Assembly: GCF_009914755.1 (NCBI RefSeq)
Contig: NC_060930.1
DNA length: 64,000 nt
Direction: 5' to 3' (one strand)
DNA from: the human T2T-CHM13v2.0 reference genome, Homo sapiens
Shown: positions 1 to 16,904 of the stretch, piece by piece
Layout of the letters: each line of letters starts with the position of its first letter
How positions within the stretch are numbered: the first letter of the stretch is position 1
Position numbers and translations under genes: made by a program
Notes under the pieces: generated by a model
Databases searched by the model: none
What the model saw: the letters and a program-made list of their open reading frames with translations, nothing else
Told to the model about the DNA's origin: nothing

Positions 1-1317
1 ATTTCTAGATTTCCCTAGGTTAATTTATTTTAGGAAGGGGCAGCTCTGCATTGACACAGAAACTGAGGGCAGTATCTTTATCAGCAAGACTGCTCCCTGT
101 GCCTTCTTTCCCACCATGCCTAGCCTGGAGCAAAAGCTCAGTAAATAGTTACTGAATAGAACTGATAAAAGGCAACAATAGTATCTTTTCCAAGAAGCTT
201 AAAATGCGTCACAGTTTTCATTTTGCCTGTCTCCTCCAGTCTGCAGAAGATCATTTCATTAAGTACTTAGCATTTATATCACCTATGTTCTGTATCTAAT
301 TCTCTTAGGTGTCCCCCGGACAGTATACCCTGGTGGTTTGCTGTCTACATATCCCCTGAAATGTATATGCAGCTTTCCTATTCAAATCATTCTATTAAAG
401 CAGAGGTGTTTCCATTTACTGCAGCCACTTCTACCTGAACATAATGTTCAGGTAGATGATTGAAAAATGCTCTTTAGGGAGGACAATTAGAAAAACAAAA
501 CAGTAGTTACTATTTCTGTCTGTGTGGACCTTATTTTTTCCTCCTCTGCTAAATCAATGTAATGACTCATTATTAGATCTATTTAGTTTAATCAGTGTGT
601 TTATTTTACATTATTCACATGGTAGCTGCATTGCCAGGTCAAAGACTGACATCTGGCCAGAGTAAAGAAGAAAAGGGATGTTGTTGTCATGGCCACTGTT
701 GCATCGTGATCTTTTGAGTATTTTCAAAGGAGTTTGAAGGTATTTTCAAGTGTAAATACATTCTTACAAATTTGCTGTCAAATAACTTTTTGAAGTAAGG
801 AGAGGCAGATGAGGTCATTTTGTTCTCTTTGGTTGTTTTTCACGGGAAAACTATGGTCTAGACCCTAAGAAAATTCCTTCTCTCCTTAGCTGTGCATCTG
901 GTGTAGGCTCCTAGCCCTGCTGCAGCCAGTTGCTTTGGAAGTTGCCAGGCTCCTTCACCAGTATCACATTAAAGGCGCCTTCCTCTCCACCAGGTTTAAT
1001 TCTTTCCTAAATAGGCTATTTGCCCTGAAACACCATCGCTTTCCTGTCAGCCCAGATTCATGACCTTAATCAAAAGCTTCCTTTATCGGTATCTGTTTAA
1101 ATTGCTCTAACAAGTTACCATTTGTCTGGCATGAAGGAGAAATTGAGTCTTTAAGTAGGAATGAGTTTATTTCACCACAGTCGTTAAGCAGGATGTGATG
1201 TTTATTAAAATTCATAATTTATTTTTCTGTATCTGTGTGCTGCCCACCTTGGCCATTAGCGGTTGGAGCTGCCCCTCTTTGTTGTCACTGTCATTTTTTA
1301 AACATAGTATATGTATT

Positions 1318-1448
1318 CTTTTTCTTTTTTTAGTGACAGGGTTTCACTATGTTGCCCACACTGGCCATGAACTCTTGAGCTCAGGTGATCTTCCTACCTC
1401 AGCCTCCCAAGTAGCTGGGACTACAGGCACATGCCACTGTGCCCAGCT
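1318..1448 (-). mobile_element. Alu monomer (FLAM-like)
   Basis: Single antisense Alu arm with T-rich tail. Confidence 0.75.
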
Positions 1449-2911
1449 TGTCACTGCCAATTTTAATCTTGGCATGTTTGTCCCATTGCTGTATTGCCAT
1501 GTGAAAAATTTTGCCAACAGCCAGGAGACCTCTGTTTCCTCTGTAAAGTTGAATCTTTCTTCCTTGTAATGACTTAATAGTGATTTCTATCAAGTGGAGA
1601 AGAAATCTTAAAACCGTACATACTGTTTTGGGCTCTCTGGTAGGTTTTAGGAGGGGAGCTCCCCAGGAGGTAAATGGGAATGCCATCCAGCTTTGGCAAA
1701 TTCTTATTGAAACTAATGAGTTTAATAGACTGACCTTATTACTCCTATTTACAACCTCATTACAAAATTATCTGCTCAATGTTTGCTAAATTCTTTATCG
1801 GTCTTGAGAAGCTAAGCCTCCTGTTTAGTTCCTGCTGCAGCCGTGACAATTGTCTCCCTTTCATATGAAAAGAGTAGCCTCAAAGGCCCCTGAGTAAGAA
1901 TAAGTAGTGGCTGTGGCAGTCTGTGGACATCAGGAATAATCTAGGGAACTTTGGCTTAAAGCATGTCAAGCTAAGAAGTGGTCTCCTATACCACGTGAAT
2001 AAAAGAAAAAAATAAGACTTATTTGCTTATCTAGCACACTTCTTGATCTTACAAGGAATTGCCTAGTAGGGTGATATTTTACTCCCATTAACCTCACTCT
2101 TAGAACCTGGAAAGGATAATGTACATTAGGTAACACCTTGGGAGGAAGAGTAGGAGGGAAAAATCTTTGTGCCAAAGTCTGGTACTGGAATTTTACACCA
2201 GAGTCACCACTGATTTGCTTAGTGAGCCTTCCACTCAAATTTGGTTCTCCCTGTCATTTTTGCCCAGAGATATTCTGAAGACAGAAGGAAACAAAAGATC
2301 TCTCTTTGAGATCTTAGGGTGGCAGGAACCCTGTGTGCCCAGGAATGTTATTTGTACTATCTCCGTGCTCATTGTTGGGCCCTCAGGCAAATCTAACAGC
2401 CTGGCAACTCTTTAGAGCTGGAGCAAGGGCATACCCTCCTTTGAGAAGGATACCGGGTTTTCAGACTTTTTCATAGGTAGACCTATGAATGTCCAGATTG
2501 CTGGTGAAAGGAGTAGCAACTGATTTAGCATTGTAGCTTGTGATTAGTCAGGGCCCTGGATCCCTGGGCTGCCCAAGAGGAACTTTAGGGCTCTGCTTAG
2601 GGAGCTGCCCACATTCCTGGTACCACCTGTTTCTGTATTAAGTAGTACAGGTTGAAGGCATGAAAGCAACTGAGTGAAGAGAATCCATACCTTTGGAAGT
2701 GCAGTTCTTTAGCATGTGGGCACTCTGTTGCAGAGTGCATCTCTCTCCTCTGCATGGGAGAATAGATGAGAGGCCCTAGAACGGTCTTGAGCCATTTAGA
2801 AGGCCTTTCCCCTCAGATTTGCTGCTCTTGGAAGATTTCTCTGGAAAGGAACCAACCTCTTCCCAAGGCTTGGAGTGTTAATCTATTTATTTATAGCTTT
2901 TTTTACCCTAA

Positions 2912-3211
<300 letters not shown>

Positions 3212-4856
3212 ACCTTGATTTTCAAACTAATACATTCTTGTGTCTCACAAATGCAGAAAATGCAGGAAAATGCAAAACAAAAGAAATATCAGTTCACCTC
3301 TCAGTTTCCATGGTTACTCATTCTTAGTGGTCTGGGTTTTCTGAGTGGCACTCTCTGGCCCTCTGTGACGTTTGCCAGATTGGTTCATGTAAGCAAGTCA
3401 ACTCGATTAAGAGAATTGGACAGCCACCATAAAGGGAAGGGCAGATTTTGTGCCTCTCATACAGGGACATTCTCAACCAAAATTTATCCTTGCTAACTTA
3501 TTAGAAGCCAGAATTTTGGTTTTAAGTTTATTCTTTCACACATGTTCACCTGTCTTTTCTTTCTTTTGTAAAATGTTGTATCCTTGAAAATGCATATTAA
3601 CCTTATCTATTAGATTTTTAAGCTCTCTAAGGGTTGTTACTTTTGCACAGTACCCCATTATATGTAGCATGATCTTTTATAGAATAGGTGCTGAACCAGT
3701 ATAGTAGTCTGATCTTTTAAACGGTATCAGTGTTCTGAACTATGACAGATGTCCTAATTCAACCTACTGGTGGGGAAGCTAAATCATAGCCCAGGAGGGC
3801 TCCGTTCTCTGTTAAGATATAGAGATCCCATTCTCATCCTTAAACTTCTGAGGCCTGAACAGCTTGCACTATTTGTAAGAGGAAATGTCTCAAGGAGTCA
3901 TATACTCTGTAGGTCCTTAGGAAAGTGATACTTGGCTGACACATCTTTACATTTACTACAGTAATCATTTAATTAATTTCTATTAAATGGAAAGCCTCAG
4001 TCCAGGTGTTGGGTACAGACTGTGACATAGTTCCTGCTCTCCAGGAGTGACCCTGTCCAATGGGGACAGCAAGTGGCAAACAATAACTGGCTCTAAGGCA
4101 ATGTGATGAGTGCTGTGCCAATGACACTGGTGTTACTGGAGCACAGTGGAAGGGATAATCAGTTAGGCCTGGAGTGCTGGGGAAAGCTTTGTTCTTCTTG
4201 AATGTCAACCCTTAGCAGGTTTTGGTTCTGGTAGGGAAATGGATGGATCACTTAAGATTGGCTTCAGAATTATAATGTATTCTTCAAGTTAGAAATACCT
4301 GAATAGTGACCACCTCGGGTCTATTAAAAAATGTTTTACACACTGCCGTCTGTGACTTTCCTTCAGTACTTCTCACAAGCAGCCAAGTTTTGAATCAACA
4401 CCCTTTCTGAGTGGTGTCCCTTCTTCTTCAAAGGAATTATGCCACATTGCTAAGTCAATATTTTCATATTTATTTTAAATTTTAATAGATAATATATTCA
4501 CATGGTTCATAAGTCAAAAAATATAAAAAGATAGCCAGTGTAAACTTTCGTGGTATAAAAATGTAAATCAAGTTTCACTTTTGCTTTCACTAGTTCCAAG
4601 TAATTGTTTTGGTATTCTGTCTCCAAATGCTAACCCCTGAATGTGTGAATAATCACTTTTATTGGTCTTCTTGTATATCGTTCCTTCCAAAAGCGCTTTT
4701 TGCAATTATAAGAAATAAAAATGTTAGCCTTATAATGGAATCGTTGAAAATGGAATCAGGCATCAGTGTTTGGATATTGATGTTCTAATAATAACCACCA
4801 GCAGCAGAAATAACAATCATATCTTCAGTAAATACACTTTATATTTGACAATGTAC

Positions 4857-5236
<380 letters not shown>

Positions 5237-5501
5237 TAGTGGAGGAAATTGAAAGGGTGGGGAAGGAAAACTGTTATTTTTGAGCTCCCATTGTGTCAAG
5301 TCCATTAGGAACTTTCAGTAGTGACTTGCCCAAGATTACCTAGCTAGTAAGAGGTAGAAAATAGATTTGACCTTGGGTCATTTAATGAACTTTATATGTG
5401 CATTGTGTATACTGAACAGTAGTTGAATAAATGAAACTTGGATGTCTGGAGGCTATTTTGTGCCATAAACCTACCTAAACATTTTCCTTTTTCTTTTTCA
5501 G

Positions 5502-5653
5502 CATCTACTACAAGCCTTAGTGGGTCTGATAGTGAGACCGAGGGGAAACAACACAGCTCTGACTCTTTTGACGATGCATTCAAAGCAGACTCTCTTGTGG
5601 AAGGAACTTCTTCTCGCTATTCCATGTATAATAGCGTCTCCCAGAAGCTTATG
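5502..5653 (+). CDS. CMTR1: CMTR1 coding exon (presumed exon 3): Ser-rich N-terminal region and start of G-patch
   Basis: ttttcag| acceptor, |gtatgt donor; encodes (A)[15 protein letters not shown]...YNSVSQKLM, recognised as human CMTR1. Confidence 0.96.
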
Positions 5654-6001
5654 GTATGTCAGCGCTTGGGTTGGGTTTCTCAAGCCCCACCAGCAGAGTG
5701 AAAGAAGGGCAATTTGTATTTGTATGAAAAGAAGAAAAGTTTGGCCATAGGTTTTTCCTTTGCTTTTCAGCTACTGAAATTTAGCAGAGTGTGACCCACT
5801 TCTTGATAGAAGTATCTATCACATTTGTATCATCTATAGGCAGCAACTGCTTAGGCCTGTTTCTGCTGTTCTATCTGGACTGGATCACCTTTTCATATCC
5901 ATAGTAATGAATTCTTATTACTAACATGTGTGACTATACTTCCCTAAACATGGATGTCTGTCAGTGGGTAAAGAAGCTTCATGCTGTGAATTTTTGCTCT
6001 A

Positions 6002-6554
<553 letters not shown>

Positions 6555-6941
6555 TTATAGTTGACCCCTCCATTTTCTCTTAGATTCATTTAAGAATGAG
6601 AATTGTCACTGCTAAAGCCATAGGTCAGGATTCTAGTTTGCAGGCTATAAGATTTGGGGAAGTTAAAGATGGGAAGGCTTGTGACTCAGTCAGCCTGTTT
6701 GACCTGGGAGAAGTATTTGTGGCTACCATAGGAATTCCATCCAGCTCTTTAGCTGGTAATACCCCTTTCAGAGGGAATATAGACCCTCCAGGGAAATTTA
6801 GATCTTCTTAGGATTGCAGTTTTTTTTGTATTAGGCAGGAGTCTGTGGGGTTTGGGATTCAAGTCTCTAATCTTTGGGTATATACCTGGGCCCAGTAACT
6901 CTAAAGTTTAGTGAGAACTTACAGATAGTTGTGGCATTTAA

Positions 6942-7295
<354 letters not shown>

Positions 7296-7794
7296 CCCAT
7301 ACCTCACTTTTACATGAGGCAAGTTTTTAATCTCTTAAGTGGGCTCCTGCCAAGCCACTTATCCTTGCCTAGTAAGGCTGTTTGACTGGATAAGGGTAAG
7401 GTAGAAGTTACAGCTTGAAGCGGTTCCATTTTAAATTATGTTCTCTTTATCAAGTCTACTCTAGGTCTGCTTCTCACTTAATCAGACAAATTAGCAAATG
7501 TCCAATGAGAGATTCATGAAGTACTCTGGGTGCTTTTAATTAGGCTATGAGGTCCCTTCTCATTTATCCAATTTCTGGTTGCCCTAGACTTTAACCTCCA
7601 GAACAGCCAGCCACTGGGCCCACAGTTATACTGCAGTTATTTATTTATGCTTCTTTTCTTCATTAGGCTAAGACAAACTTTAGACTTTAATCATCTATTT
7701 TTCTTAGGATTTAGCACACTGTTTGGCATGTGATGGGGCTAAATAAATGTCTGTTGAACCTAATTAATTGTGCTCCACTACTTCTCTTTTTCAG

Positions 7795-7953
7795 GCCAAG
7801 ATGGGCTTCAGGGAAGGTGAAGGATTGGGTAAATACAGCCAGGGTCGGAAGGACATCGTTGAGGCTTCCAGTCAGAAAGGTCGAAGAGGCTTGGGTCTGA
7901 CACTCCGGGGCTTTGACCAGGAGCTGAACGTGGACTGGCGAGATGAGCCAGAG
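7795..7953 (+). CDS. CMTR1: CMTR1 exon 4: G-patch domain
   Basis: tttcag|...|gtaagt; [34 protein letters not shown] is a G-patch signature; 159 nt, in frame. Confidence 0.97.
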
Positions 7954-9075
7954 GTAAGTGTTAAAGTGAGGAGGAGATGGAAAAGCCACTTGTGTTTTTG
8001 GATGCATGGCTTTAAGAAGCCATATCAACAAACTAGAAATCTCCAGAGGCAGTATGAGCAAAGTGGAATTAGTTTTTTACGTGGAAAGTACTGGGGATAT
8101 CCAGAATGGAAAACAGAAGGCTGGGGGAGATATGGTGGGATGTGGATTTCCTGTTGCATTATAGGACTGTCTAAGACCAACGGGTAGAAGATGCTTGAAA
8201 GGCAGAGTTTGGCTCCATAAAAACTTTAATAAATAGTTACAGCTCTCCACTAGTGGACTAGGATACCTTGTGAGGCAGTGTGCTCTCTGCTGAAAGTGTT
8301 CAGGCAGGCCAAGGGAGCACCCACTCTCTCACTGTGTGAGTAACTGGAGTAGGTGCCTTCTAAGAAGATCCTTGTACTTCCCCAGGTTTGTGCCATCCAG
8401 GTTCTAAATAGGTGCTTTTTTATGCCACATTGCTTTTCTACTGTGGGTTTAGTCTGCTTACTAGGGTACCAGTTTGTTTTCACCCTGAAGACCAAAGGAA
8501 ACTCTCATTATCCCTTTTCATGGCACAGACAATGTGAGATTTTATTTTATTCATTTATTTATGTCCTATCTTATTCCGTAAAGGATCTGTAGTGGGTACA
8601 ATAAAAACACCTAAAAATAACATTGAGATATTACCATTACAGAGTTGAAACTAGAGAAAATGGAACTCAAACATCTAGCTTTCTGCATAGTTGCTGTAGT
8701 TCAGCTTCAGATGTGGCTCTGAACTCTGGAAAATTGATATTTTATTTGTCTCCCTAATGTTCCAGTTCAGGAAAGAAGTCCCGTGAATCTGCATGTGATA
8801 AAAGCCTAATAAGTCTTCTGAGTAAGATTCTGACGAGTGAGGGGCTCATGGGTTCTGGGGCCGGTCTCGCTGTTGCCTTGTAGTTGTGGGCGTTGAGACC
8901 AGCAGACTGGCAATGCGGAACAGGGTAGATACCTGCTGCTGGTTGCTGGTTGTGGGCTTTCATCTCAGAAGTACCTGATGGTTTCTATGTCTTCATTCGT
9001 GTTAAAACAAGAGTCCACATCCTTTCAGTGGGGCAGAAGTTGAACTAACTTCACTAAACTCAAAATCTGAAATCA

Positions 9076-9419
<344 letters not shown>

Positions 9420-9432
9420 TTAGGTCAAGTGG

Positions 9433-9746
<314 letters not shown>

Positions 9747-10440
9747 TCAGTTGGCAGCCACTTCTTTACAGTAGGTGAGTCTGGGTGTCCAGGGGTGGAT
9801 ATCCAATCATGGGGTTACCACGGATAAATGCTCAGTGGCTACTGCAGCCTAGGAATGTGGAGGACAGAGTATGACCCTCTGGATAAAGTCCACTCTGTAG
9901 GTAGTTATAATAATCAGACTTCCATAGGGACATTGAGTCTGCTTTTTCTTTCCAAGTTTATATGAGCTTCTTGTTCTCTAGAGTTTATAATTTATAACCA
10001 ACTCTATCACCTTTATGCTTAAACATGATAGATTTGACCAGGAGAAGAAGCCATGATTCACTGCCAGATTCATGGACAAAAGGCTTCAGTAATTTTTCTT
10101 TTCAACTTTGTCTCTGTTGATGCTGGTTGGCTTGCCCTCAAGACCTTGCATTGTGATACCATTTTATGCCTTTCAGAGCATGTAATATTACTTTTAATCA
10201 CATTGCTTCAATTTGCAATGGTGAATCTCTTCTCCACACTTGCTTGGGAGCCAATATGTGAAGCTGCCATGCAGGTTAGCCACCTGTTTAGGTTTTATAA
10301 TCCATGTTTCTCTATCCTGGTGGCACTTAGCGCTGCCTGCACAGTAGAATCATCTGGGGACTTCTGAAAACTTATCCCCAGGCCTCACTTCAGACCAGCA
10401 GAATCTTATATTCTGGAGATGGGTCTCAGGCATCAGTACT

Positions 10441-11187
<747 letters not shown>

Positions 11188-11765
11188 TAATTGAAAAATT
11201 AAGAGGAAGCACCCATTAGAGATGTCAGTTTTTGTTCTCCCTTAGAATGAATGGGCTAGGAATCCTGTTTACCAGTTTCTGGATTGTTTTTTGAATAACA
11301 CTTTGAAAGGAATCAGGAGATGAGACTCATTGCCATTAAGTCTTTCTGATATACTTATCTTGTCATAGACCTACATTGTATGCGATAACTGCCTGTTTAC
11401 TTCTGTGTCTCCACTGCTCTGATTGCAAACCCCTTTTGCCAAGGGCCATGTCTTATTTAACTCTGCATTCTGAGTGCTTAACACATAGTAGGTATTCATT
11501 AAATAATAATGGAACAAATGAAAGAAACCTTAGGTTTGAGAAGTTTCTAAGGATTCTAACCAGAATTGGAGCTGGCTTTAGAAGTTAAACTTTAGAATTC
11601 TGGCTCTCACGTCTCATGTCTGACCACTGCATTTGGCTTCAGCAACCTGCACCCTTCTCGGTCTGTCTCAGTCCCTTTTGATTGTTTTGGGGAAGTCCTG
11701 ATGAGTTGGGGTTTAGCTTTGAGGGTGTGTCATATCTGTCTTACTAGCCTCTCTTTTGTTTGCAG

Positions 11766-11858
11766 CCCAGTGCTTGTGAGCAGGTGTCATGGTTTCCAGA
11801 ATGTACCACTGAAATTCCTGACACTCAGGAAATGAGCGATTGGATGGTGGTGGGAAAG
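11766..11858 (+). CDS. CMTR1: CMTR1 exon 5
   Basis: ttgcag|...|gtaggc; [31 protein letters not shown], 93 nt. Confidence 0.95.
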
Positions 11859-12300
11859 GTAGGCTTTCAGGAAAACGTACCCTGACTTCTTGGCATTCTC
11901 TTGACTTTTCACTTGCTCGAGTCTGGTATTTACATACACTTGCAGTTTAAGAAAAATGTGAATCTGACCATTCATGTTGGTAGGAATAAAACTGTGTCAA
12001 GAGGGAGTGTCATGAGCTTTACAAGTATGCCCCTTGGAGATATGACAGGGTTTTTTCTTTTCTCTGAGTTATTTAAATTGTAAGGCAGATAAAATGTATA
12101 ACCTCTGTCTTCTTCATGGATGCCTTTTGAAGTGGCTTATCATACATATCTGTGTATTCTGATCACTGCTAGATGAAAAGACATTGTCCCTGCCCTCAGA
12201 AAGTAATGAGGGAATTGTTACAGAGGGAATTTGTTTAATCTTCTTCTGGAAAATTGTGAGAATAAAGTAGATGGCTACCAAATCAATATGGTCTAGAGGG

Positions 12301-12815
12301 CAGTTCTCAAAGTGTATGTGCTCCCGGGGATCTCTAAGACCCCTTCAGGGGGTCCACAAGGGCAAAGCTATTTTCATAATGATATTGAAAAGTTATTTGC
12401 ACTTTTCACCCTCATTCTCTCACAAGTGTTCAGTGGAGTTTTCCAGAGGCTATGATGTGATATTACAACAGATTGAATGAAAAAGCAAAGAGGAAAATCT
12501 GGCCTTCTGTTAAGACAGATGCTGAAGAAATTTGCAAAAATGGAAAACAGTACCACTCTCCTCACTCATTTTTTTTTTGGAAATGTTATTTTTCTGAAAA
12601 TATATTTCTGAAAAATATTTATGTTAACATTAGCCTTTTAAACTGAATTTAAAAATATTTTTAAAATCTGTTTTGATTTCTAATAATATAATTATTTGAA
12701 TTCTAGATAATAGATTACCTGTCTATTATCTATCCCGCATAAACAAAAATTCTTCAGGATCCTCAATAATTTTTATGAGTGTAAAACCTGAGACCAAAGA
12801 GATTGAGTTTTACTG
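12301..12815. mobile_element. hAT-Charlie-like DNA transposon fragment
   Basis: cagttctcaaagtg... start and internal sequence resemble Charlie/MER elements; family uncertain. Confidence 0.5.
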
Positions 12816-13320
12816 GTTTAGAGGTGGCTTCACTCATTTTGGGGTTGCACTTGATATCCCTGTGAGACCCCTTAGCGTCCCTGTTTTCTGAAATGCTACC
12901 AGGTCAGTGCCTGGTATCATGTATTTCTACTCATCACAGAGAGGCTTCCTGGTGGAAGGACAAGCTTTTGTCATTTGAGGCATTCCCCATCCTTCTGCCT
13001 CCATGCTCCAGGGTTAGACAGCTTGAATGTCTCCTTCCTGTTTGGTGTTCCCAGCCTCAGCATTCATGAGTCTTGTGTCCATATGGTGCTCTACTCAGAG
13101 CTCCTGGGGTGGGGGTGAGGGGGTGCTTCATCTCACAGCCATCTGGAGAATAGCCAGAGGGATTTAGGATTTTCTCTTTCCCACCCTTCAGGGATTGATG
13201 TTTCTTGGCAGAGAACCAAGTCCCTTCTTGCTCTACTTACTTGGAACCCTAATTTCTTCATTCATCCCCGACAATTGCAGTCACACGTGGTCATTACTTA
13301 CTGCTTTTTTCTCCCTGTAG

Positions 13321-13392
13321 AGAAAGATGATTATTGAAGATGAAACAGAGTTTTGTGGGGAAGAGCTGCTTCACAGTGTGTTGCAGTGTAAG
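13321..13392 (+). CDS. CMTR1: CMTR1 exon 6
   Basis: ctgtag|...|gtaagg; RKMIIEDETEFCGEELLHSVLQCK, 72 nt. Confidence 0.95.
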
Positions 13393-13699
13393 GTAAGGTC
13401 TTGTGGCTAGAACCAGATAATGAAAACCTTGTGGGAGGTGATTTGCTGGACTTTTCCATTTCTCCTTTGAGTGGGTTGTGGGAAGCTAAAGTTAAGATTT
13501 TTGCTGGAGATCAGATGCATAGCTTGGTTCATATCTGCAAATTGTCTTTTTCCTGGGTGACTGTTCTGCCCTGTGGGTGTTGTGCTGTCCCTGTGGTCAG
13601 CAGCCAAGAAAGGATCTGCCTAATCTCAGTGGGTCTGTTCATTGTAATCCTGAGAGGGCCTGGTGTAGTAAAAGGTTTGGAGTCATTCCTTAGCATCAG

Positions 13700-13870
13700 A
13701 TAGACCAGGATTCAAATCCAAGATCTGCAACTCTTTGCTGTGTGACCTTGGCCCGGTGGTTTTACTCTCTCTGAGTTTGAGTTTCCTCATCTATAAAATG
13801 AGGAGAAAATACTCTTTTCTCAGGGTTGTTGTGAGAGCTAAATGAAATAGTGGGTGTGAAGTACCTGGGT
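13700..13870. mobile_element. MIR
   Basis: ggattcaaatcc...gctgtgtgaccttgg...gtttcctcatctataaaatgagg MIR core. Confidence 0.75.
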
Positions 13871-14561
13871 AAATGTTAGCCTCCCCTTGACACTTTTTGT
13901 CTTAATTGAGAATCACATTGTGTGTGGGCAGAATGAGCCAGGGAAACTCTGAGGAGGAAATGGGTTGGTGAAAAAGGCAGGCCTCAGAGTAGCCTCACAG
14001 ATTTTATTTTTTGGCAGGCATAGGGTTGGGAATATCCATAAGGTGACTGGAGCTCAGGTAATGTGAGGATTTCTTTATCTAGAGAGGAAATTGGTCAGGG
14101 GAGTTTGAGAGAAGGGATTGCTACTGTGTGGTAGGTGCCATCAGAAAACCCTAGTCTTGTTTATTTGTTTCTCCTCTCTCTAAGTGAGGTCTAGTCAGGT
14201 AAGCCTTCATACCAGAACTTTGATCCCTTGGAGAGTAGCTGCTGGTATGGGATGGAGAAACAGATTTACTATGAGGATTAGCAATGCCCAGAGGTGGCTC
14301 TGTGTGTAGCAGCGGGTGCCGTTTTTTAAACACTTGCCATGTGCCAGGCACCTGTTTACATTTTTTTTTTTTAACCAATTTACCGGCAAGGTAGTTGAGA
14401 GAGTTATTGAGCAGCCTGTGTAGGGTCACACAGTGAGACATTTCAGAGCTGAGATGCCACAGGAATCTTGTTCCTTGGAGGGCTGTGAGTTGGGCACTGC
14501 AGGGTCTTAAGGTCCCTTTCCTATCCTGGAATTCACCTTGAGGTTCTGATTCTCTGGGCAG

Positions 14562-14656
14562 AGCGTGTTTGATGTCTTGGATGGGGAAGAGATGCGGCGA
14601 GCTCGGACTCGGGCCAATCCCTATGAGATGATCCGAGGAGTCTTCTTTCTAAACAG
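14562..14656 (+). CDS. CMTR1: CMTR1 exon 7
   Basis: gggcag|...|gtttgc; [31 protein letters not shown](R). Confidence 0.95.
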
Positions 14657-14754
14657 GTTTGCTGACATTTCCCTCCCCTCCCCTGATGCTCCCTGCTCTA
14701 CCTTTTCAATTGAGCCTAGTACATCTAGTACTTTTCTGTCTTGCTTTATTGCAG

Positions 14755-14827
14755 GGCAGCAATGAAGATGGCTAACATGGATTTTGTATTTGATCGCATG
14801 TTCACAAATCCGCGGGACTCTTATGGG
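14755..14827 (+). CDS. CMTR1: CMTR1 exon 8 (first Lys of the K-D-K-E tetrad, K239 by my count)
   Basis: ttgcag|...|gtgaga; (R)[24 protein letters not shown]. Confidence 0.95.
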
Positions 14828-16575
14828 GTGAGAACAAGATTCTGCTTCTGAATTCATGGTGCTAAGAGGGCTTAAGTTTCAGTGGCTCAGCCATTGCCAT
14901 TTGTTCAATGCTAGGAGAGTATTCTGACTGTGTGATGGAGATACTTTGCTTTGAGCTCCTCAGATAGGGTCCCACAGTGCTTCTGTGGTCCCAGGAGTGA
15001 AGCAGTTGTCTTCAGGGCTTCAGTCCTGGAATCCGAGCCACTAACCCTACAGAAGGTAGAGTGGAAGGGTGAATACTGTTTTTATATAGCAAGCTTATTT
15101 TCCAAATTGAAACTTGGTGACATCACCTGATTTGGGTGCTGTTTCTGGTAATGAGAGGGGAGTACTGGGAAATATGGTTTGAGTGTTGGATGAAATGTGG
15201 GCATTTCAGTGGGCATTTTCATTGATCTATTTAAAATCAGTGTTGTATCTGAAAATCTAGCCTGTGTTGTTGGAATGTGGTGAGGAGGGACATGACATAG
15301 CATTTATGAAGCAGGATGGATTACTTAAGTTTATACCTTCTTTGGGCCTCAGCTCCCTCATTCTGAAATGAGCCGTACTAACCTGCCAGAGGGCTAGGGT
15401 AGAACCAAAAGGCTCTTAAGATTTGTCCCAGCACTAAGACTGTAATTTTAGACTGGGCCACTTTCCTTCTCTGCCTCTCTGAACAAGCTTTGCGTGGGAT
15501 CATAATTATAAGGCTTTGGCCCTTTTCAAGAAGTGGTAAAGCAAAGTGAGTTTCTACTCTGCTGCATCTCATTTCTCTGAACATAGACTCGCCATAGTGA
15601 TAGAGAAAGAAAAAAAGGAAATTTCATTCTAGAATTCCCTTCAGGGTTTCAAAGCATTTTTACCCGGTCCTAGAAAGTTACTTTTCTTTGACAGTGATAG
15701 GGCCAGGAGCCAGCTATCCCCAAACCTGTTTCTGCTTCACTCACCCTCATTCCACTAGACCCCCTGATTATCCACTGGCTAAAGAAACTTGTTTTCCAAG
15801 TTCTTTAATGTTTCAGCTCCACCTACCTAACTGCTTCCTCCTTGCTGGCAAAACTGGCATGTAGCCTCTCCAGCCATTACTCATTTTTCACTCCCAGGTC
15901 TCCCTTCCCATTCTCCAGTACCAGCAGGCAGCACAAAAGGGCTCTTGGAATTAGCATCTTGAGAAAATTAGGTTGATATAATGTTGATTTAATTTTCTGA
16001 GCTCCAAATGATTTCCTTTAAACCCCTGCCTGGCAGAGGAGCTCTGTCAAGCTGATGGGAAGTCACAGTGTCTTTTTTGGCTTTTGTATACAAATGCCTC
16101 CAGCAGCTGGTATCTGGTTATTGCCTTTTGCTGTCATGAAAATGAAGTAGGCACCAGGGTTGTACCATTCAGGTTGAGGGTAGAGATGTTAGTTACATAG
16201 GAAAAGGCAGCCGTGTTTGTAATGCTTCAGGCAGCTTCTTGACCTGAATTGATTGTTAGTGGCCACGGAGAATTGCCCTTTCAGAGACGTTTCTCTATGC
16301 TTCACTATAAAAAAAGTGATTTCTCTCGAGCCCCTGGTGTTTTATTTTCTCTTTTCATTTCCGTTTTCCCCTGAGGACCAGAGTTACAGCCAAGCCCCAC
16401 AGGCTTGGTGTGGTTTTCAGGCCAGCAGAGACACTAGAGCAGTCCCCAGCAGAAGAGGGAGTGGCTGAAGGCCCAGGCACACACCCATGTTTGCTAGGGT
16501 CATAATGGCTCTTGGATCAGGCAAATTATAGACTAAGAGCAGGAGAATTTGAAGCTTGGAATGTGAAGATGTTAA

Positions 16576-16904
<329 letters not shown>

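Noticed and set aside
1195-1569. 124-aa ORF and the many similar ORFs (e.g. 4895, 10593, 10771, 27560, 55410, 56326)
   Set aside because: They translate Alu sequence (e.g. [21 protein letters not shown]) or microsatellites and have no gene structure
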